A DNA stretch of 64,000 nt from positions 86,800,001 to 86,864,000 of the forward strand of contig NC_043000.1 of the NCBI RefSeq assembly GCF_006345805.1. Reading direction: 5' to 3'. Made by a program: the position numbers and the translations under genes. Shown here one piece after another: positions 53,891-64,000 of the stretch. Position 1 is the first letter of the stretch. Each line of letters opens with the position of its first letter. Under the pieces are notes generated by a model. The model searched no databases and was not told where the DNA came from. It saw nothing but the letters and a program-made list of their open reading frames with translations. The DNA comes from Octopus sinensis (lineage: Eukaryota).

Positions 53891-54485
53891 GAAATATATG
53901 AGTATATGTATATTTTTATTAATATTTAAGAGAATTAACAGAGTGACTATTTTGATAAGTGCCAATATATATATATATGAATGGTTTAACCCACTCACTA
54001 GACTTACACCCAAAGACATGTCACTCGCTCACTTTTTTTCTTATGCTCTGACATGAACAATATTCTTCAATGTATCCTTTATGTTTTTTTAAGATGCTAC
54101 AGTGTGATCTAAGACATATTTGATTGCTATTTCTAGCAGTTAAAGTGATGCTATTAAGAACTCTCTCCTTAACTCATATTCTTGAAATTTAATGTTTATA
54201 TCTATGCAACCATTAATTAAAAACTGGTACTGACCAAGAATTCTTCACATAGCATTTCAATGAATATAGCTTTCGTCACTGAAATGCCATGTAAAGAAGA
54301 ATTCTCAGTAGAAATTTCAAGTGACATAATAATGGCACTAATAAAATTGTGATGATCATGAACATAGCAACTTCCTATTTCCTCTCTTTATAAGTGTGTG
54401 TGTGTGGCATGGGTGTATTATGTTTGTGTCTATATATGTCAGTCTGTCTGACTGTATATATACATGTGTGTGTGTGTATATATAT

Positions 54486-54523
<38 letters not shown>

Positions 54524-54649
54524 AAGAATAAGTTCAAGTAGAACAATTGAAACTTCTGGGGGAGTCCAGAAAGAAATATTTCTAATAAATATTCATCATA
54601 TCAAAATGATAGCCTGCTAAAGCAAGCAATTAAAATATGAAAATAACAA

Positions 54650-55217
54650 GTAAAAAGTTTGTTATAGGCATGTATAGGATAAAATCTTATATAAAACACT
54701 ACTAACAATTATAAAAATGGAGAAGAGATGTTAAAAGTTCAAATTAGAATTTAATTTCCACATACAACCGTTTCAAATAGCAATACAAACATGTAAGAAA
54801 AAACATTAATTATAATAATTATAATTTAAATAGTTTGTATTACCATTCTCATCAGTGTAAAAAATTGTGTTATAATTCTCAGTGTAAAAAATTATATTAC
54901 CAGTTTGTATTACCATTCTCATCAGTGTAAAAAATTGAAGGAAAACATCTTTGTTTTTTCTTCTAAATTATTTTTGGTAATACTTTTTTGATGTTTCCCT
55001 TTAATTTTTTACACTGACGAGAATGGTAATGCATAACTATTTTAATTATTATTATTATAATTAATGTTTTTTTTTACATGTTTGTATTGCCATTTGAAAT
55101 GGTCATATGTGGAAATTAAATTATAATTTGGATGTTTAACATCTCTTCTCCATCTTTATAATTGTTAGTAGTGTTTTATATCAGATTTTATCTTATACAT
55201 GCCTATAACGAACTTTT

Positions 55218-55220
<3 letters not shown>
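54650..55220. repeat. ~570-bp AT-rich foldback
   Basis: gtaaaaagtttgttataggcatgtata... mirrors ...tatacatgcctataacgaactttttac, with arms of roughly 240-290 bp. Confidence 0.9.
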
Positions 55221-55278
<58 letters not shown>

Positions 55279-55535
55279 TATGCATATATGTATAAATACA
55301 CATATATATATGTATGTGTGTGCATGTATATACATACATGTGAATATATGTTTATATAAATGTCTATATATAAATATACATCAAGTAGGTACTGTAAATT
55401 TAGGGTGAATACTTGATAAGTGTAAGCACCTGCATATGCCAGATATTTATTTTATATAAATATACATCTGTATGTGTTGTGTGTATTTATATTGATCTAT
55501 CTATCTATATTTATGTGTGTGTGTCTGTGTATATA

Positions 55536-55757
55536 CACAAGGGGTGCTGAAAAGTTGCTGGCTTTAAGGGCATCCCGAAAGGCCTGGTTGGAGGCCCAAA
55601 CTTCCGAGTTCTTTTACAGGGCTTAGAAAAACTAAGGGACCACCGCATTAAGCCTGTGAATCTGAGAGGGGAATATGTTGAGTAAAATCGTAATTAATTG
55701 ATTCTCCTGCATTTTCTTTTACCCAAAGCCAGGAACATTTCAGCTCCTCCCCATGTG
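55536..55757. mobile_element. Degenerate mariner-type MITE
   Basis: Ends caaggggtgctgaaaagttgctggcttt / aaagccaggaacatttcagctcctcccc, in a TA context. Confidence 0.7.
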
Positions 55758-55766
55758 TATATATAA

Positions 55767-55800
<34 letters not shown>

Positions 55801-56151
55801 ATATTTGAGGGAGATTTCACTGGAATTTGTAATAGATCCAGAAGCTACATAGGAGCTCTGCCACTGATTGTTATCTAGCCCCAGGTCAATTCTGACCAAG
55901 CAAATCTATGATCACAATCATTCAAGTTATGACCACCCCATCCTTTTGGACAATATCTTTGATCACTACTTCATAAAATACATCCTTCTATGTTTTCTTT
56001 TTTTTTTAAATCAGTTGGGTATAATTCCATGGAGATTCAGTTACCATTCCTAATAAGCCAAGTTACAATATTGTGTCAGTTATAAACAATGGTGAGAATC
56101 AAACAAAAACATCTACTTCTTGAAAACCTTAATAATGTTTGTTGTGTCGAG

Positions 56152-56424
56152 GGAGAGTCATTATACCAATATAATTAACACACACTGGTTCAATTGCACT
56201 CCTTTTCTTTATTATTAGTCAATTGCTTAAATATCCAACTAACTAATTTGTTTTTCTCTTGAAGTCAATAGTCATTGAAGAGGTTGCTAGTAACAACTGA
56301 AGAGCTTTGACAAACAAAAACAAAACAAATTAGCTGGATATTTAACCAATTCACTAATAATAAAGAATAGGAGTGGAATTGAACCAGTGTGTGTGTTGAT
56401 TTAATTATATTGGTATAATGACTC
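56152..56424. repeat. Palindromic MITE-like element
   Basis: gagtcattataccaatataatt...cacactggttcaatt...ttattattagt mirrors actaataataa...aattgaaccagtgtg...aattatattggtataatgactc. Confidence 0.8.
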
Positions 56425-56814
56425 ATGTATTGAAACAACAAAATTTGTTTCAAAACATGAATTCACATAAAAAATCTTGCAAACCAGATACAAAAATGAA
56501 GCTTAATAATGTTTCTGTGGAAACATATTTTCCAAAGAAAACTATTCTACTTTTCTTGTTAATGGATATTTTAACTTGTATGATTTAATAGCAATTAATG
56601 TTAAATTCCTTTTGTTTTGATTTTGTGTATTTGTTCATCTGTTTATTTCTCTGAGTGTGTTTTGGTTTGATTTATGTTTATCACTATACTCTTACTCTGT
56701 GATCTGTTTATACATCTTTGTTGATATACCTCTCAATGTGGACAATTATCTTCTCCTTTAGCACCAGCCTGACAACACCTTGTGTGTGAATTTGGTAAAC
56801 AAAAAGGAAGCCCA

Positions 56815-56895
<81 letters not shown>

Positions 56896-58989
56896 TGTGC
56901 ATGTCTGTGTTTGTTTTGCTTTGTCTTGATATCACATGATTGTTGTAAGCAAGCATCACCATCATACAAGCAGTGTCCTTCATTTCCAATCTTCCATGAA
57001 GAGCACACTTAGCCATGGTGAAATATTACCTTGCTTTGAAAGAGGTGAGAGTTGGTGACAGGAAGAGCGTTTGGCCTTTAAAAATATCTACTCCACTGAA
57101 TTTTGTCTGATCCATGCAAACATGGAAAAATGGATATCCAAAAGATGATCATGATGATGACAATGATGGCAGTGGTGATGACATTGATGATGACATTGAT
57201 GATGATTTAAGATAAAAATAAAAGAACCTACTTCTTGACACTGAGATTATAATATATTTCTTTTATATATACTGTTCAAGAATAGGAACAGCTCAACATT
57301 AAAATGGTGAACAGACTTACCTGTTGCATTTGCTACATATTTATATACATGTTTCATATATGCTTCTACACTCATAGAGCACGTGCACATACACACATGA
57401 ATGTATGCAATTTATCCTTTAAATTCTGGAACAGAACTATCTTATTTCATACCTGCTGACTTACCTACCTAATGGCTTGGCAGCTTTCCTAATTTCTATT
57501 TTGTTTCTTGGCTCAGAAGGGTAAGTTAATATTCTGGTGTAAGGAAAGTTTCCTTTGTTCCAATAACTTTGCAATTTAGGTAATCGGCACAAAAATTCCT
57601 TTGCCAATTTTTTTGTATTTTTTGTTCTATTTTAATTCATAATCTTTCTTTATGGCTAATGCTTTCTTTTAATGTTAGCAAGTACTTTCTAAGTTATTTT
57701 TCTAACATTCAACATTTAAGGCTCCTGTATGATGGGCTTTGTCTTTTCATTAGTTGATGCTTGATACACAAAGATGGAAAATTGGCAAATTTGTTAGGAC
57801 ATTGAATAGTATGCCTAGCAGTATTTGTTCTAAGCTTAAATCCCACCAAAGTCAACTTTGCCTTTTATCCTTTCAAGGTTGATAAAAAAAAAATACCTAT
57901 TTGAAAAATGAATTACCAGCAATGTTAGAGGAATGAGACAAGATGCTTTGTAGTATCTCTTCTGATTCTTAGTGTTCTGACAGCAATGACTGTCACATCA
58001 CTTGTCAAACACTTTCCTTGGATGAAAGAGGAGACTTGCATACATGGGTATCTACTTGTCTCCTACAGAAAGTGAAACCTTGCCTAGACGTGCACATATA
58101 GGTGTAAAAATACATGACCAACACTGATTGATAGAGACTCTACCTTGATCCAAAGGGATTATTTCTAAAGTTTATAGCCTTAAAGAAAATGAGAAACAAT
58201 GTTTCTACCTGGATAACATAAAAGTAAGAAGAATAGAACTTAGTACTACCAGCCAGTGAAATATTCATTAATTCTAGTGTAAATTGTCTGACGACAGCAA
58301 TCAGCAAGTTGAAGCAAAAACTAATGAAATACCCTTTGCATAAGGGCTTCTCAATTTATGAGAAATAATAGCCAAATCTCCCTCTATTTACGCCCTGAAA
58401 TCATAGCAAAACAGGTGAAGGTTCGCACTAGGAAGGGCTGTTGAAAACCTGCCACTTGACTGCAGAAAATCTGCCTTGATGAACTCTGTCTGACCCATGC
58501 AAACATGGGAAAGTGGAAAGTAAAACAATGATCATGGTGGTGGTGGCGATGATGATGATTTTGTCTTATGTGCTTCCAATTCTATCTATGCACTGCCATT
58601 GCCAGTCTTTTACACTAATTTCAGAAAGTAACTCTATTTAAATAATATCTACTTTATACACAACACACCTTAAATTACAAGAACTGGTTCTTCTGGTTTA
58701 TGCTGTGTTGTGCATAAAAATAATATTTCTTGATCAATAACAAACTGTCAAAAGCAAAAATATGCAAATTAGTCTAACCACTTGTATGCTAGCAAAATTT
58801 TAGATTTCTTTATATAATAGTTGGTCTATGGTATATTATTTAGTACATGCTCTGAGGAGTGGTCACTAACTTATGGAATAATTTCAGGAGATATGTTCTT
58901 TCTTTTTTTTTCTGTGCATCAGTTGTATAGAAAGAATGTATCTATATTTTATATTTAACCCACAGTGAGACTTTATAATATTTAATATC

Positions 58990-59900
58990 TAATTAGAGGT
59001 GCACTAAGCAGTGTTGAATGAGAGCAATCATTTTGAACATGTTCACATACACTTGGACATGGAAATATATACAGTGCAGAAACTGACTCAAGAGGAAAAA
59101 ATTCTCCTTATTGACTATATATGTGCAAAATACACCATTGTGTTATGCATGATGTCATCAGACTGTAGGACATGTGTTTCTGCCTCCTTTACACATTTGT
59201 CTGCTATGAGTACCGAGTTTTCATGCATATCCACTAAGAACTTCTTGTTCTTATATCATAACAGCAATAGTACATTTGCTGATGTGTCCAGCTTTGTCAA
59301 ACTGGAATTAATTAACTAGAGGTGCACTAAGTAATATTGAATGAAATATAGGTATGTACAATCATATTTAATATGTTCGTGTATGCACAGATATGGAAAT
59401 AAATACACTACAGACATTGTTTCAAGAAAAAAATTCTCCTTATAAATAATATGCATGTTAGACAGCCATTGGACTATGGATAATGTCAATGGACCATAAA
59501 ATATATGTCTTCCTGCATCATTACACATTATCAGCTACAAATACTGAGTTATTATTCATAGCCCTAAGCAAAAAGGCAACAAGCTGGCAGAATTATTAGC
59601 ATGCCAGGCAAAATGCTTATCAGCACTTTGTCCATCTTTGTTCTGAGTTCAAATTCCAGTGAGGTCAACTTTGTCTTTCATCCTTTTGGGGTTGACAAAA
59701 TAAGTACAAGTTGAATTGACTTAGCCCCTCCCTTGAACTTGCTGGCCTTGTGCTAAAATTTGAAATCTATATTATAACAAGCAATGGTGCATTTGCTGAT
59801 GTATGCAATGGTGCATTCACTGATGTGTGCAACGGTGCATTCACTAATGTGTGCAAAGTTTTGTTATGTTGGAATTAAATAATTAGAAGCACACTAGATA
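58990..59900 (+). repeat. Diverged ~320-bp tandem repeat (2 units + start of a third; SINE inserted in unit 2)
   Basis: tagaggtgcactaag at ~58994 and ~59317, tagaagcacactag at ~59884. Each unit ends atttgctgatgt...ggaatta. Confidence 0.7.
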
Positions 59901-60436
59901 ATTTCTGCAGTGTATGGCTTGCCATGTACACAAACATGCTAAATATGATTGTATACACCTATAATAAATGCTTTACTTTACTTTGGCTGTGCTTCCACCC
60001 GGCCCATGAAGACAAAGTCATTTTGCCAAGCATCTTGATCTACCATCACTACCTTCAGTTTGTGAATAGAATCCAATCTTGTGTCCTTTTTCAGATAGCC
60101 AATAAATATCAGACAACATCTCCCTCACCATGCTGTAGTTCCCAGAGCACAAGTTTTACCTCTTCTTCTTTCTGGTGCTGCAAGCAATGACCTGATATGC
60201 AGAGATGATATTCTCTGATCTTGTTGGCTATTTTTAACCATTTTGCATCCAGGGCCATTCATAGCATCCTTGTATATATTAAATAACTCTATGTATTTGG
60301 CAGGCTTAAACTTAATATGAGAGGAGCAAAAAGTTGAAGGATTTCATTTTTTTTTTATTACTATTTTATATATATAGATATATATATATATATCCCTTAA
60401 TAATTTTGGCCTCTTTCTTTCTTTCTATCTAGAACA

Positions 60437-60566
60437 ATGCTGAAAGGAGTGGCTGATTTTTTCTTTGGAACTGGCTCAGCAGATTCAGAACAGCAATGTG
60501 AAGAACTCAATATAAAAACTCATGTGACTGAAGAAGACTGGATTTTTGTTGAAACACAAACTCAAG
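60437..60566 (+). CDS. TP53INP1/2 (DOR): TP53INP1/TP53INP2 (DOR) family protein, first coding exon with LIR motif
   Basis: Acceptor ctttctatctag| at 60432, ATG at 60437. Reads MLKGVADFFFGTGSADSEQQCEELNIKTHVTEEDWIFVETQTQ, with an FFG N-terminal motif and acidic W-x-x-V LIR (EEDWIFV). Donor CAAG|gtactc, phase 1. Too short to appear in the ORF track. Confidence 0.9.
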
Positions 60567-61591
60567 GTACTCTAGTTTTCCAAGCTCTCATTTAATTCAT
60601 TCTAATTTATTGAAAGGAAATGCAAGCAATAGAAATTATGATTATAGTGTGGGAGTATTTATATAAATATGTATATATGTATGTGTGTATATCAATATGT
60701 ATATGTGCACACATAAATATGTGTGTATATGTATGTGTGTGTGTATGTATGTGTGTTTGCATATGTATGTTTGCATATGTATGTATGTATGTATGTATGT
60801 GTGTGTATGCATGTATGTGTAATAGGATAACAGCATGAACTGGCAAAACAACTGATATCAGTTAGATTAGGATATTTATATCTTTAAACATGATGGTTGA
60901 GTCATCACATAAGTATAGATCATAAGAAGAAAGGAAGTGATAAGGCGTGTAGAAAGTCTCTTTATGCTGTTTGAAGAAATGATGCACAGATGGTGCTGTT
61001 CATATAGCAGCATTCTGTTCTATCATTGGAGGGAGAATGAGATACAGCAGCAATCCATTCCATCATTCGAGCTCAGACATACACAGATAGGTAAATTGCA
61101 GAATAGTTGAGAGGTTCATTTTGCAATGATGAGCCCCAGATTCAGTTCCACTACCCTGGCATCTTCGGAAAATGTTATTTGTATACTCTCAGGCTAACCA
61201 AGACCTTTTGAGTGAAATTGGGTTGAGGAAAACTGTGTACAAGCCTATTGGATGGAATGTGTCAATAATTCAAAGGTTCAGCCTCACTGCTCATTCTACC
61301 TATGTATTTCACAGACATTTATACCTTAATTACTGATATAATTCACAGGGTAGATGTGTCTGAGGAATACTCATTCATTTATATGCTGATTCAATGAGTC
61401 TGGTAATTTAGTTGATTGACCAACTCATGGTTGGAAATTCTGGCCAAAATCATTAATTAGTAAGTGAATAGAGACTACCACTGTAACAAAAAGACATATG
61501 TCATTTGTAAATTTAAAATTTTATCTTTGAAATTTATTTTCTAGTTATTTATTACCTACATATTTAATTCTATTGCTGATTTATATTTCAG

Positions 61592-62433
61592 ATGCAGTCG
61601 ATGAATCGCTACCATCTGTGACCTTAGAAACTGCTGATAATACTGCTGCAACAACTGAAGATATTCATTTAGATACTGCCAGTTCTAAGCAAGACTGTAG
61701 TAACAACAGTAAATGTGATGAGCTGGAGGACATTACTGTGGTTCATCCACATCTAGATTTAGTCCCAATAACAAAAACCTGTACAAGGGACACTGCCCTA
61801 CCTGCAGAACACTCACTTGTACGGCACTCAGATTATATTTGTATATTCTCGGTCTGTCCAAGTGAGAGCTGGATTGTAGATCCACCAGCTTGCTTCACTG
61901 CCAGTCAGAGAGGCTCTGAAGAATCTTCAGTTTTACAAACAACAATGGAAAATCTGTTGATAGAGCATCCTAGTATGTCAGTATATGACTCATATTCTCG
62001 AAGCATCAACAGTGATGGAGACGATGATGATGGTGATGATGAGGATGATGATAATGACGAAGAAGAAGGAAGGGTTGTGGCTGATAATGATAATGTTGAG
62101 CATATCACTGCTGTTAATCTTCATCCAGTATCATCTTTTAGAAATATTTCACTGCCGTTAACCAGATCTCAGCCTGTACACAACAACCAAACCGGTCGTT
62201 GTCATCAAAACCTTACCAATGCTCAGCCACTTCTAACCAAATTAAAAACATACCGTTTGATGTTACAAAAACAATCATATGAACAGAGCCATCATTACAA
62301 TAAAAAGTACTTAAATAGAAACAATAAGTTGGTTGAATATAGCCACCTTGGCAAAAGGCAACGTCATCGTGCTCGCTACCAGTGCCCAAGTGGTCGTATG
62401 AATGGTAGAATTGGACAAAGGAGAGCTTTCTAA
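61592..62433 (+). CDS. TP53INP1/2 (DOR): TP53INP1/TP53INP2 (DOR) family protein, last coding exon
   Basis: Acceptor atttcag|AT completes a GAT codon in the frame of ORF 61573..62433. Contains DOR signatures SESWIVDPPACFTA and MENLLIEHPSMSVY, an acidic tract and a basic C-terminus. Spliced CDS is 972 nt = 323 aa. Confidence 0.93.
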
Positions 62434-63068
62434 ACATGAATATTTTTTTTAATAATTCTGTCAGTTGAAATGTACGATTGAATTTTTGAGAACTAGATAA
62501 ACAAAAATAATGTCTTTATTAATTTAGAGGAGGTAGTGTTTGTACCGTGATGTAGTCTCACTTTGTGAGAGACAGATAAGATAGCATTATTTAGTTTTTA
62601 AATATAAATTCATTGATTGATTCTGTGACTTTTTTAAATTTTATTTTTATATCTATACTGCACTGTAACAGAAGGTACAACTGCATAGTTCCTGACACTT
62701 TTTTTCTAAAATCTTAATCAAGAGAATTAATCATTATATAGAGAACAATTTAGATAAAGTTTTAGATAAGAAAAATAAAATTATTTAAAAGAAAAAAAAA
62801 ATTAAAGAAAAATACTTATTCTGTTTGATTTCTGAGTTCATCAGTAATATATTATATATTATCTTAGTTTTGTAATTACTTTATTATAATGTTTTAAACA
62901 AATATAGAAATATTATTCATGGAATAACTAAAACAAAAACAAACAAAAAAATGTTTTAATAAGTAATTATTAACATTCTTTAACAGACATCATTTTAATT
63001 TGAATAACCCAACTGTAAACTTCAAACAGCTTAAATAACAGTATCTTCTTAGAGTCTTTTTCTTTATC

Positions 63069-63108
<40 letters not shown>

Positions 63109-63409
63109 ACTTCTACTACAACTACTACTACTATAACTCCTAGATGTGTACTTATTTTAATTCATGTGTTTACATGCATGTTTAAAATAACACACATTTC
63201 TGATATGAAAAATTTCATAATTAGAATAAATGTATGTAATTCTTTGAATATTGACACTTCCTGGTATAAGATAAGGAGCCAAAAAAAATCTTTTAACAGA
63301 AGACAGCAGTAAATATAAATAAGAGCCCATTTTGACTGTTAATTTTTTTATTTTCATTTCCTCGCAAACTATATATGTATATATACATACACACACACAT
63401 GTGTAAATA

Positions 63410-63464
<55 letters not shown>

Positions 63465-63518
63465 ATGTGCATATGTATGTAAGTTGTCTAAAAGTCCATA
63501 AGCCAGGAAATAATGGTT

Positions 63519-63601
63519 ACCTCTGATGAGTGCAGGGTTACATAATCGGATTGTTACTTAACACTCCATTGAATCCCTAGCACAAAACCGATTGGTAAGA
63601 T
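63519..63601 (+). ncRNA. Hammerhead ribozyme motif (family B, copy 2; GAAA mutated to AAAA)
   Basis: acct-CTGATGA-gtgcagggtt...aatccctagcac-AAAA-cc-gatt-gg-TA-agat. Downstream sequence (gtaatggatatataatactgtac) is homologous to 46495-46520. Confidence 0.55.
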
Positions 63602-64000
63602 GAGCTGTAATGGATATATAATACTGTACGCTTTGGATAATATATATATCTATATATAAATTAGGATAAATATTACTTTATATTATTGGTTCCAACATTT
63701 CACCATTCAGGTTGCTTGGAAACTTGCATTGAATGTTTCAAGTGCATGTGGATGCTTAACCAGAACAGATCATCAGGGAACACTTCATTGTATTAAGAAG
63801 ATACATTAGTTCTCTGTAACTTAATGTAATAAAGTGTTTGCTATTGATCTACTCTGGATCACTTGGAATATCCTTATATATACATATATATATATATAAG
63901 GGAAGAGAAAATAGTGCTTGAGTAAAAAAATCAAATTGCAAGTTATAACTAATTTCTTCCTGTTGGTGTTTGAAAATATTCTACTGTTATTTATTGCAAA

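Noticed and set aside
59140-59185. Minus-strand GAAAC-acat-GTC...CTGATGA permuted hammerhead
   Set aside because: Stems I and II cannot form.

Overview
AT-rich, repeat-dense eukaryotic DNA. The SINE families and (TA)n/(CA)n load suggest a coleoid cephalopod, probably Octopus (inferred from repeat style). Two spliced + strand genes are supported. The first is the last two coding exons of a furin-like proprotein convertase (Cys-rich repeats, TM helix, short tail; 9588-9968, 10828-10919). The second is a complete TP53INP1/2 (DOR) autophagy/co-activator gene (coding exons 60437-60566 and 61592-62433, 323 aa), with a candidate promoter and non-coding exon 1 near 34.9-35.1 kb. The rest is decayed mobile DNA: RTE, L1/Tx1, R4/Dong-like and CR1/Jockey-like LINEs, a Penelope-like RT, a Helitron, mariner/Tc1/pogo elements, MITEs, foldbacks and several tRNA-derived SINE families. 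Most notable are several hammerhead-ribozyme motifs, including a tRNA-headed SINE-like element with a hammerhead and Penelope-style 5' inverted duplications (2 copies). Also notable: a four-level nested transposon cluster, long intronic hairpins, and sharp CpG-retention domains. Most short ORFs in the track are microsatellite or repeat noise. Repeat boundaries are approximate unless TIRs/TSDs are quoted.
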